A stretch of DNA of 64,000 bases from Macrostomum lignano (lineage: Eukaryota). Shown in pieces: positions 13,053-26,088 of this stretch. Every line of letters begins with the position of its first letter. Position 1 is the stretch's first letter. Under the pieces are notes generated by a model that worked only from the letters and a program-made list of their open reading frames with translations, had not been told where the DNA came from and did not search any database. The stretch spans positions 248,001 through 312,000 of the forward strand of contig NIVC01000089.1 in assembly GCA_002269645.1 (NCBI GenBank), read 5' to 3'. Position numbers and translations under genes: made by a program.

Positions 13053-16000
13053 ATGAACTGGCACAGGGCACCGGACGCGTTTAACCTTGGCCAGCAGGTC
13101 ATTGACCGCAGTCCTGACCCAAAACCCCCACATTTTCTCAAGCATCAAGTCTACGATGATCCCAAGGTGTTCGCCAAAATTGACGAGCACGCCATCGAGG
13201 TGAGCCGACGCGAGCATCCGACCTTTCGCGACCTGATGTGGGACCTGGTGTACCGGGTGCGCCTCACCGAGCTCGAGCGAGCTCGCGTCATCTTCCGCTG
13301 GATGACCTCCAAAGACATGAAGAATATCCAGTTCGCCCAGGCTGAGAAAGGCTCGCCAGAAGCGTTCTTATCCAACTATAAGCGGGGTACATTCGCCAGG
13401 ATCTACGAGCTGCTGTGCAGCTTCGCCCAGCTCAACTGCGTCACCGTGTCCGGCTACGCCAAAGGCGTGGAGTACCGGCCCGGCTGCGTGTTCCGCAACC
13501 AGGCGCACAATCATTCTTGGAATGTCATCAAAATTGACGGCGCCTGGCAGCTGGTGGACGCGCACTGGGCGATGCGCTACCTGAGCTCGGAGAACAACTC
13601 GCCAGAGAATCTCGTGTACGAATACGACGATTTCTATTTTATGATGGAGCCGCAGCAGGCCGTGTACAGCCACTATCCCGAGGATCCCCGGTGGCAGCTG
13701 CTGCGTCAGCCGCTAACGCTTGAACAATTCGAAGATTTGCCATTGACTAAATCGCATTTCTTCAAGTGCGGCATGTCGTTTGAGCAGGCGACTCACGGCG
13801 TGGTCTGGACCAAGCAGGGCAAGCTGCAGATGGCGCTGGGCTACGGCAAGAGGGCGTCATTCACGTTTAAGCTGCACTATGGAGAAGAACTGATTGACAG
13901 GTGTGCCTGCGGATCCGGGTTTTGTCTTGACTTCTTTTAATCCTTAGCCCATCATGCAGATACTCAAACCTTTGCCAGCAAGAAATTGTCTGTAAAAATT
14001 TCTGGATTGTCTTATCCATGAAGGGGATTAGGCCTCCCCTCCCTTCTAATCCGGAATGCAGGGATCAGGCCTCCCTTCTAATCCGGAATGCAGGGATCAG
14101 GCCTCCCTTCTAATCCGGAATGCTGGGATCAGGCCTCCCTTCTAATCCGGAATGCTGGGATCAGGCCTCCCTTCTAATCCGGAATGCAGGGATCAGGCCT
14201 CCCTTCTAATCCGGAATGCAGGGGTCAGGCCTCCCTTTTAATCCGGAATGCAGGGATCAGGCCTCCCTTTTAATCCGGAATGCAGGGATCAGGCCTCCCT
14301 TCTAATCCGGAATGCAGGGATCAGGCCTCCCTTCTAATCCGGAATGCTGGGATCAGGCCTCCCTTCTAATCCGGAATGCTGGGATCAGGCCTCCCTTCTA
14401 ATCCGGAATGCAGGGATCAGGCCTCCCTTCTAATCCGGAATGCAGGGATCAGGCCTCCCTTCTAATCCGGAATGCAGGGATCAGGCCTCCCTTCTAATCC
14501 GGAATGCAGGGATCAGGCCTCCCTTCTAATCCGGAATGCTGGGATCAGGCCTCCCTTCTAATCCGGAATGCAGGGGTCAGGCCTCCCTTTTAATCCGGAA
14601 TCTAGAATGCAGGGCAGAGATCTATAATGCAGAGATCTATAATGCAGAGATCTAGAATGCAGGGATCTAGAATGCAGGGATCTAGAATGCAGAGATCTAG
14701 AATGCAGGGATCTAGAATGCAGGGATCTAGAATGCAGAGATCTAGAATGCAGGGATCTAGAATGCAGAGATCTAGAATGCAGGGATCTAGAATGCAGAGA
14801 TCTAGAATGCAGAGATCTAGAATGCAGGGATCTAGAATGCAGAGATCTAGAATGCAGGGATCTAGAATGCAGGGATCTAGAATGCAGGATCTATAATGCA
14901 GAGATCTAGAATGCAGAGATCTATAATGCAGAGATCTATAATGCAGGGATCTATAATGCAGGGATCTAGAATGCAGGGATCTAGAATGCAGAGATCTAGA
15001 ATGCAGGGATCTAGAATTCAGAGATCTAGAATGCAGGGATCTAGAATGCAGAGATCTAGAATGCAGAGATCTAGAATGCAGGGATCTATAATGCAGAGAT
15101 CTAGAATGCAGGGATCTAGAATGCAGAGATCTAGAATGCAGAGATCTAGAATGCAGAGATCTAGAATGCAGGGATCTAGAATGCAGGGATCTAGAATGCA
15201 GAGATCTATAATGCAGAGATCTATAATGCAGAGATCTAGAATACAGGGATCTAGAATGCAGGGATCTAGAATGCAGGGATCTAGAATGCAGAGATCTAGA
15301 ATGCAGGGATCTAGAATGCAGAGATCTAGAATGCAGAGATCTATAATGCAGAGGTCTATAATGCAGAGATCTATAATGCAGAGATCTATAATGCAGAGAT
15401 CTAGAATGCAGAGATCTAGAATGCAGGGATATAGAATGCAGGGATCTAGAATGCAGGGATCTAGAATGCAGAGATCTAGAATGCAGGGATCTAGAATGCA
15501 GGATCTAGAATGCAGGGATCTAGAATGCAGAGATCTAGAAAGCAGAGATCTAGAATGCAGGGATCTAGAATGCAGAGATCTAGAATGCAGGGATCTAGAA
15601 TTCAGAGATCTAGAATGCAGAGATCTATAATGCAGAGATCTATAATGCAGAGATCTATAATGCAGGGATCTAGAATGCAGGGATCTAGAATGCAGAGATC
15701 TAGAATGCAGGATCTATAATGCAGAGATCTATAATGCAGAGATCTAGAATGCAGGGATCTAGAATGCAGGGATCTAGAATGCAGGGATCTAGAATGCAGA
15801 GATCTAGAATGCAGAGATCTAGAATGCAGGGATCTAGAATGCAGAGATCTAGAATGCAGGGATCTAGAATGCAGAGATCTAGAATGCAGGGATCTAGAAT
15901 GCAGAGATCTAGAATGCAGGGATCTAGAATTCAGAGATCTAGAATGCAGGGATCTAGAATGCAGAGATCTAGAATGCAGGGATCTAGAATGCAGAGATCT

Positions 16001-19000
16001 AGAATGCAGGGATCTAGAATGCAGAGATCTAGAATGCAGGGATCTAGAATGCAGGGATCAGGGTCTCATTCATCCCCCCTAATCCACCCACAGGTTCCGT
16101 GGCACGGAGCTGAAATCGTTCGTGCTCCAAGAGACCACGTTCAACCAGATCCAGTTCTACTTCCGCATGCCGATGTCGGGTCACTATTACCTGACCGTGT
16201 ACGCCCAGGAGGTCACTGGGCACATCGGAGTTGAGAACACCTACCGGGCCGCCTGCGAGTACAGAATCAACTGCGAGGAGGCCGCCGCGGACGCTACGCC
16301 GTTTCCAACCTGCCACGACTGCAACTGGGGCCCCGGCATCCACGTGGAGAAGTACGGCCTGGCCCCGTCGCACAAGGATGGCGTAGTGAGCTCCGTCAAT
16401 GGCCAAGTTCAGCTGTACTTCCGCAAGTCCCGGCCGGAGGTGAACCTGCTGGCCAAGCTGCGGCACAACAACTACGCCGAGAATGCGCTGGACCAGTATA
16501 ACAAGCAGTTCGAGGCTCCGAACCAGTCCACCTTCCAGATCACCTTGCCGGAGCCTGGTGAGTGATTATTTAGCGGTGGGCTTGGCCCTTGGTGACTGAC
16601 GATATGAAAGTCGGGACCGCTGTACACCCCGCGTGAGCGTGTGTCTGCGCGCTTGACTGCTTGCCTTGTCGCACTTATTTATTGTACATTAGGAAAAATT
16701 GACTAGGGCTGCATTTATCTTAACTTTAGCCTCCCACACCACAACCACAACGTGCAACGTGAACAGAGTCGAAAATCTCTGTTGCTTGAGTCCCCAACTC
16801 CACAGACTTGAGAGTTGAGCTCACAAAAGCTTTGAGCCTGACAAAATTCATTCATTTCTATTGTTAATGTTTTTACCTGCAGGCGAGTTCGGCCTGGAGG
16901 TGTACGCCAACGAGCCGGCGGACGGGGACACGTTCACCCACATGTGCCAGTACCTGCTGCACTACGAGGCCCCGCCTGGCTACGTTGGTGGCAACCAGTT
17001 CGCTGGCACAACCCCGCCAAGAGAGATGTACAATTATAATTATGAGATTGCGCCTCTTGGCGACCTGCCTGCGCCGTACACGGATACCGAGGTGAGAGGC
17101 GCCTGTCGCGAAAGCGTACATTGAAACTAGTTGGCAGATGTGCAACCGACAGCTCAGCCGCAGCTATTTGCGCGGCGCATCTGAAGGCTGCGTACGGCTG
17201 TTCAGTCCAAGGGCTGGGGGGTCGCCACACACCCTCAGTTACCCCAGCTAATGCTGGCACCCATTTTTAGCTGGGTGAACCGAAGCAATGCAGAGTTGGG
17301 TGTCTTGATCAAGGACACAAATTGTTCCAAGTGGGTCCAGAATCGCTCTAACCACTAGACTGCTAGCCCTAGCGATTCATCCTATCTTAAATGTCAAAGA
17401 ATTAATTTTAATGCTTAATATTTGCATAAATTTGAGTAAAAGAGTCTCTTAATAGAGTATTGTATCTTAAACACAGAGAGACAACGGCAAAGAAAAAGGA
17501 CTCAGCATTAGTGAGTTGCTAGCATTATGAGGCAGCTATGATGATGGAGTTTAATAGAGGCCGCGAGCTCAGTACTCATACAGTTCATGGCATGCTATCT
17601 ATAGGTAAATAAATGCGAGAATGAAAGACACTGGCTGTGCAGCGCACAGACAGACAAGGCAGACACCATGAATGCCAAGCTCAAGACGGAATAATCTGGG
17701 AAAGAGACAGAGCTCTAACTGACACTCCTTTAGTTATTAACTTCTGCGTATTCTGTAGTCGTAAAGTAAAGCAAATTTTGTCCTATTTCATACTTCAAAT
17801 TTACAAACGATCCCCTATAATACAAAGTTGTGACAGTCAGATTGTGACAATTAAACTGTGACACGCGAATTGTGGCAGTCAAACTGTGGCAGTCAAATTG
17901 AGACAGTCAAATTTTAAGAGTCAGGTTGTGACACTCAAATTGTTACACTCGAATTGTGACAGTCAAATTGTGACAGTCAAATTGCGGCAGTCAGATCGTA
18001 GCACACAAATCGTGACAGTCAAATTGTGCCACTCGAATTGTGACAATCAAACTGTGACAGTCAGATCGAGAAACTCAAATTGTGACAGTCAGATCGTGAA
18101 ACTCGAATTGTGACAGTCAGATCGTGAAACTCGAATTGTGACAGTCAGATCGAGAAACTCGAATTGTGACAGTCAGATCGAGAAACTCGAATTGTGACAG
18201 TCAGATCGTGAAACTCGAATTGTGACAGTCAAATTGTGGCAGTCAAAAGTTGGGAACCCACTCGAGACTCGCAAGTCGTTTCCCAATCCAGATTGTCTTT
18301 CTCTATAGTAGTCCTGGGCAGGCAGACCCACCCAGTGCGATGCACTTTTCCAGCCCGAGTTTCACAAGCTCAACCTTCAGGGCGGCCAGATGTCCATGCC
18401 GCAGGGTCAGCAGCAGCAGCCGCACAGACAGCAGCAACAGTACATTCCTAGCACTACTGCCAAGGTAAGATTGAGTTGGATAAAATAATTAACATGAATT
18501 TTCTGTACGCACTGTTATCAGTTATTTGTGTTATAACCGCACCCAGCTCAATTAGCTGAACCATTCTTATCAGTAGTTAATTAAGCAAAATAGAATCCAG
18601 TGTACAGAAATCAAGCTTGGCCTTATCTTGACTTTTTAAGTCTGCTGCTGTTGGCAAATAAGTTTACAAAACAGCACGCCTGGGCCGCGTGAAAATGTGT
18701 GTGTTAAATGCTTGCCGGTCCTGTCTGCACCGCAGCCGACTTTCAAAGCTCTGTTAAATTCAATCTAAGCATCATGAATTAGCAAGGCTACAAAGGCTGG
18801 AGCTTGGATAGATTTCAGGTAACTCTGACCGCGCTAGCTCTGTTTTGCGAAATAATTTTGATACAATATTTACTCTGTTAATAACTGTTGACTTTTTACC
18901 CGGCTTGGATTAGGCCAATTCAACTGATGCCTGCCTTTACAGCACTCTTTGGTCAGCAGATCTGTACGTACAGTACAGTAGAGAGAGTTTGCATGTAGAA

Positions 19001-22000
19001 AAAGTTACCCTAGCTTTTTAGATTGTCGCATCAGTAGCGCGCATCAAATACATACTCGTACAAGCTATGTATGCTGTTGCTTCCGGTGGACATTTGGATG
19101 GCATTGCGCAAACCTATTGAGACTGGCAGGCAGGCAAACAGGCAGACACAGATATAGACACACATGCAGGCACTGGCATAGACAGACACAGAGACAGACA
19201 CAGACAGACATGACACAGACAGGCAAAAAGACACATATATAGAAACAGGCGCAGACACATGTACCGTAGACACAGAAACAGACACAAAGATAGGCATACG
19301 CACAAAGACACAGAAACAGACACAAAGACAGGCATAGGCACAAAGACACAGAAACAGACACAAAGACAGGCATAGGCACAAATACACAGAAACAGACACA
19401 AAGACAGGCGTAAGCACAAACACACAGAAACAGACACAAAGACAGGCGTAAGCACAAAGACAGAAACAAACACAAAGACAGGCGTAAGCACAAAGACAGA
19501 AACAAACACAAAGACAGGCGTAAGCACAAAGACACAGAAACAGACACAAAGACAGGCATAGGCACAAAGACAGAAACAGACGCGAAGACACAGACAGACA
19601 CAGGAAGACACAAAGACAGGTGTAAGCACAGACACAGAAACAGACACAAAGACAGGCGTAAGCACAAAGACACAGAAACAGACACAAAGACAGGCATAGG
19701 CACAAAGACAGAAACAGACACGAAGACACAGACAGACACAGAATAGACACAAAGACAGGCGTAAGCACAAAGACACAGAAACAGACATAAAGACAGGCGT
19801 AAGCACAAAGACACAGAAACAGACACAAAGACAGGCGTAAGCACAAAGACACAGAAACAGACATAAAGACAGGCGTAAGCACAAAGACACAGAAACAGAC
19901 ACAAAGACAGGCGTAAGCACAAAGACACAGAAACAGACACGAAGACACAGACAGACACAGGAATAGACACAAAGACAGGCGTAAGCACAAAGACACAGAA
20001 ACAGACACAAAGACAGGCATAGGCACAAAGACACAGAAACAGACACAAAGACAGGCGTAAGCACAAAGACACAGAAACAGACACAAAGACAGGCGTAAGC
20101 ACAAAGACACAGAAACAGACACAAAGACAGGCATAGGCACAAAGACAGAAACAGACGCGAAGACACAGACAGACACAGGAAGACACAAAGACAGGTGTAA
20201 GCACAGACACAGAAACAGACACAAAGACAGGCGTAAGCACAAAGACACAGAAACAGACACAAAGACAGGCGTAAGCACAAAGACACAGAAACAGACACAA
20301 AGACAGGCGTAAGCACAAAGACACAGAAACAGACACAAAGACAGGCATAAGGCACAAAGACAGAAACAGACACGAAGACACAGACAGACACAGAATAGAC
20401 ACAAAGACAGGCGTAAGCACAAAGACACAGAAACAGACACAAAGACAGGCGTAAGCACAAAGACACAGAAACAGACACAAAGACAGGCGTAAGCACAAAG
20501 ACACAGAAACAGACACAAAGACAGGCATAGCACAAAGACAGAAACAGACGCGAAGACACAGACAGACACAGGAATAGACATAAAGACAGGTGTAAGCACA
20601 GACACAGAAACAGACACAAAGACAGGCGTAAGCACAAAGACACAGAAACAGACATAAAGACAGGCGTAAGCACAAAGACACAGAAACAGACACAAAGACA
20701 GGCGTAAGCACAAAGACACAGAAACAGACACAAAGACAGGCGTAAGCACAAAGACACAGAAACAAACACAAAGACAGGCATAGGCACAAAGACACAGAAA
20801 CAGACACAAAGACAGGTGTAAGCACAGACACAGAAACAGACACAAAGACAGGCGTAAGCACAAAGACACAGAAACAGACACAAAGACAGGCATAGGCACA
20901 AAGACAGAAACAGACACGAAGACACAGACAGACACAGAAACAGACACAAAGACAGGCGTAAGCACAAAGACACAGAAACAGACATAAAGACAGGCGTAAG
21001 CACAAAGACACAGAAACAGACATAAAGACAGGCGTAAGCACAAAGACACAGAAACAGACACAAAGACAGGCATAGGCACAAAGACAGAAACAGACGCGAA
21101 GACACAGACAGACACAGGAATAGACACAAAGACAGGTGTAAGCACAGACACAGAAACAGACACAAAGACAGGCGTAAGCACAAAGACACAGAAACAGACA
21201 CAAAGACAGGCGTAAGCACAAAGACACAGAAACAGACACAAAGACAGGCGTAAGCACAAAGACACAGAAACAGACACAAAGACAGGCATAGGCACAAAGA
21301 CAGAAACAGACACGAAGACACAGACAGACACAGGAATAGACACAAAGACAGGCGTAAGCACAAAGACACAGAAACAGACACAAAGACAGGCGTAAGCACA
21401 AAGACACAGAAACAGACACAAAGACAGGCATAGGCACAAAGACAGAAACAGACACGAAGACACAGACAGACACAGGAATAGACACAAAGACAGGCGTAAG
21501 CACAAAGACACAGAAACAGACATAAAGACAGGCGTAAGCACAAAGACACAGAAACAGACATAAAGACAGGCGTAAGCACAAAGACACAGAAACAGACACA
21601 AAGACAGGCATAGGCACAAAGACAGAAACAGACGCGAAGACACAGACAGACACAGGAATAGACATAAAGACAGGTGTAAGCACAGACACAGAAACAGACA
21701 CAAAGACAGGCGTAAGCACAAAGACACAGAAACAGACACAAAGACAGGCATAGGCACAAAGACAGAAACAGACACGAAGACACAGACAGACACAGGAATA
21801 GACACAAAGACAGGCGTAAGCACAAAGACACAGAAACAGACATAAAGACAGGCGTAAGCACAAAGACACAGAAACAGACACAAAGACAGGCGTAAGCACA
21901 AAGACACAGAAACAGACACAAAGACAGGCGTAAGCACAAAGACACAGAAACAGACACAAAGACAGGCGTAAGCACAAAGACACAGAAACAGACACAAAGA

Positions 22001-25000
22001 CAGGCATAGGCACAAAGACACAGAAACAGACACAAAGACAGGCGTAAGCACAAAGACAGAAACAAACACAAAGACAGGCGTAAGCACAAAGACACAGAAA
22101 CAGACACAAAGACAGGCATAGGCACAAAGACAGAAACAGACGCGAAGACACAGACAGACACAGGAAGACACAAAGACAGGTGTAAGCACAGACACAGAAA
22201 CAGACACAAAGACAGGCGTAAGCACAAAGACACAGAAACAGACACAAAGACAGGCGTAAGCACAAAGACACAGAAACAGACACAAAGACAGGCGTAAGCA
22301 CAAAGACACAGAAACAGACACAAAGACAGGCGTAAGCACAAAGACACAGAAACAGACACAAAGACAGGCATAGGCACAAAGACACAGAAACAGACACAAA
22401 GACAGGCGTAAGCACAAAGACACAGAAACAGACACAAAGACAGGCATAGGCACAAAGACACAGAAACAGACACAAAGACAGGCATAGGCACAAAGACACA
22501 GAAACAGACACAAAGACAGGCATAGGCACAAAGACACAGAAACAGACACAAAGACAGGCGTAAGCACAAAGACACAGAAACAGACACAAAGACAGGCATA
22601 GGCACAAAGACACAGAACAGACACAGACAGACAGGCATAGCACAAAGACACAAAACAGACAGACAACAGACACGAAGACACAGACAGACACAGACACAGA
22701 ATAGACAAAACAGACACAGGACGTAAGCACAAAGACACAGAAACAGACACAAAGACAGGCATAGGCACAAAGACAGAAACAGACACGAAGACACAGACAG
22801 ACACAGGAATAGACAAAAAGACAGGCGTAAGCACAAAGACACAGAAACAGACACAAAGACAGGCATAGGCACAAAGACAGAAACAGACACAAAGACAGGC
22901 ATAGGCACAAAGACAGAAACAGACACGAAGACACAGGAATAGACAAAAAGACGCAAACATAGACACAGGCGCAGACACAAAGACAGACAGGACAGGAACC
23001 AGGAAGCCGTTGCTATGGCTGGCGCAAAAGCGAGAATTTTTTACACTAACAAAGAGCTCCCACTCTCCAGATAATTAGAAATAGTGCTGCGCAAAAACCT
23101 TGCAGATTTAGAATATTTGTTAGCCAATTTTGCTGTCTTGTGTATAGCTCTGTAGGACATCTGCCCTCCAGTTGGAAAAAAAATTCGCAAAAATGGTTCG
23201 CTATTCGTGGCGTGTCCCGAATCGAGGCGAGCGTTTTTTTATGCATAGAAAACTGTGTTTAGCCAGCTGCGTGTGCGTATAGTTGTTATACGTGTGACGA
23301 GAAAGTCTAACTTAGTTCTCCCTCATTCCTTTTCCGACTAAACGCTTATTGGTTGCTTGTTAAGTGAAATGAAGTCTCACTGTATTTGTAATGCATGCGT
23401 AACCCATGCACTCTCACCCCCATCGGGTGACGCTAAGGGACCCACCACTGCGACCTTACCATATTTGCTAAGTTACTCTACGTAGCATAAAAGTGTATAG
23501 AAATATGCATATAGCTTAGTAAAAATGTGCACTGAAATAGCGTATTTGGTAGTAAATTATGACTAGCTTAGCCTCTAAATAAGTCTGTCTATGTGACAAA
23601 TCCATGGATTTCCAAAATATATGAAGCATCTGGATCGGAAAGATGAAAATGGAAGGTTGAAAGCTAAGTGCAGTCAGCTGAAGCCAGGACAGATTTTGGT
23701 CAGTTTTGCTCGGCAATCCGCACTGCAGATTTCCATTTTTGGAATTCCATCATTCGTGCCTGCGTGTGCGGGGATCTGGGACGGCCTTGAATAGTTTTCC
23801 TATGGTTGAATTCCACTCCGGTTAATTCCATAAAGGGGCTGTGCGGTAGACACGACCAGTTCCCATATGATGTGGAAGTTTGACGCAATGCCATTCACTT
23901 AATGATTGAAGCCTCTGGCATAAACATGGCTTATGACCTATGGGTCCGTATGGGTTATTGTTTAGATTGAAAAGTACGCGGTGTTCATTTACACGGCTCG
24001 TATTGTTTACACTTGTTACACTCGTATGCACTTGATATTGTATTTGGTTCTTTTCTACAGTTCGATTGGCGCCACTAAATATCTATCAATAGTTCGGCGC
24101 CACTAAATGTGTAGCTCGGCGCCACCTAGTGTCTCGCTGAGTGCACAAATGCCAAAACCGCCGTTCTGTTACCAGACTTTGGCGCGCTCTTTCTTAGCTG
24201 CCGCTAAAGCCTCAAACTGTATTCATTCCAAACCCGAACTCTCGCAGACTGTGCAAGGCGACCCCTATCGCTACGGTGGTCACTCGAGTTCCGGTGCTCC
24301 GGCCCCACAATCTGGCGCGAACATGTCTGCGCCAGCCGCAGGCGGCGGCCGCAATTCGCCGCGCGGCGGCCCAGGCGCCGGCATGGCCTCCCAGCTGGGC
24401 CCGAAGCCGTACCGCGCCCCCGGCAGCGGCGGCGACCAGCAGCAGCAGCCGCAGTTTAGCAGCGTCAGCGGTCAGACCGCTTCGCCTAGCCGAGCCGGCG
24501 GCCCAGGTCCCGGCGGCTATGGAGGTCCTGCGGGCACCCAAGGAGGTCCCGGCGGCTATGGAGGTCCTGCGGGCACCCAAGGAGGTCCCGGCGGCTATGG
24601 AGGTCCTGCAGGCACCCAAGGAGGTCCCGGCGGCTATGGAGGTCCTGCGGGCACCCAAGGAGGTCCCGGCGGCTATGGAGGTCCAGCGGGCACCCAAGGA
24701 GGTCCCGGCGCTATGGAAGTCCAGCGGGCACCCAAGGAGGTCCCGGTGGCTATGGAGGTCCAGCGGGCACCCAAGGAAGTCCCGGCGGCTATGGAAGTCC
24801 TGCAGGCACCCAAGGAGGTCCCGGTGGCTATGGAGGTCCAGCAGGCACCCAAGGAGGCCCCGGCTCGGGATCGCGCTACGGCCCCGGCAGAGACCAGCAG
24901 CTGTCAGCCGGTCCAGACGACATGCCGCCGGACTTTTTGCCGCCACCGCCGCCCGATATGCTGGTAAGATGACGATTTCTGGATCCCGTGTCTGCGCCAT

Positions 25001-25693
25001 TTTTTCTCTTTCATTGTTGTTTTTCGGATTTTTCTAGACATGAGCTTACTTTTCTACTTTTTTCAACCTAGTAAGTAGTGTTGTTAAGAATATTTTCAAG
25101 TATATTTACCCAATAAAAATGCTACGCGCCAGACGGGCCAGCCATCGGATGAGATGGCCAGCGCTAGGCGGGCGCCAGGCTACGCCAGTGCGCCGGGAGC
25201 TCCTGGCGGTCAGGCGAAGCATCCGGCTGAGCAGCCCTACCAGCAGCAGTACCAGCAGCAGCAGCAGGCCAGGGCGGGAGCCGCTGCACCCGGTGAATCT
25301 GCCGATCCGGACGATGATGCCTACCTGGCGCAGCAGCCCTACATGCGCGACGTGTTGCTGGGCAAACCGTTGCGCAGTCACGACCTGGATCCCGAGTCCG
25401 GCACCCTGCTGGAGCGCCGCTCCGGCCCCGGCAGCGGCAGCGGCAGCAACCGCGGCTCGCGCGGCGCCTCGCCGAATGCGCCCGCGTCGAGGAAGCCGGC
25501 TTACACGGCCATGCCTGCCTCCACCGAGAGCAACCTCACGATCAAGCGGAAGGTAGCCGCGGCCCTTCCCCGACCTGCCTGTCCCAGCCATCATTTGTTT
25601 GGTCTCTCTCTGATGCGGCGCTTTTTATTAAAGTGACAGGCTGGCATACTGAGCCTGTCTATCTGTCTGTCGGTCTGTCTGTCTGTCTGTCTG

Positions 25694-25748
<55 letters not shown>

Positions 25749-25749
25749 G

Positions 25750-25790
<41 letters not shown>

Positions 25791-25793
25791 GTG

Positions 25794-25826
<33 letters not shown>

Positions 25827-25827
25827 G

Positions 25828-25886
<59 letters not shown>

Positions 25887-25887
25887 G

Positions 25888-25954
<67 letters not shown>

Positions 25955-25983
25955 GCTTGTCTGTCTGTCTATCTGTCTGTCTG

Positions 25984-26032
<49 letters not shown>

Positions 26033-26033
26033 G

Positions 26034-26088
<55 letters not shown>

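Noticed and set aside
14627-16234. [10 protein letters not shown] repeat ORFs
   Set aside because: Translations of the intronic 15-bp satellite; only the exon from 16094 is coding.
19031-22980. Three ~1300-aa Cys/Val/Leu-rich ORFs on the minus strand
   Set aside because: Artefact of the T-poor satellite: the plus strand lacks TTA/CTA/TCA, so all minus frames are stop-free.
23390-23465. Two small hairpins (gcatg/catgc, tcaccc/gggtga) as an ncRNA
   Set aside because: Short stems expected by chance; no recognisable family motif.
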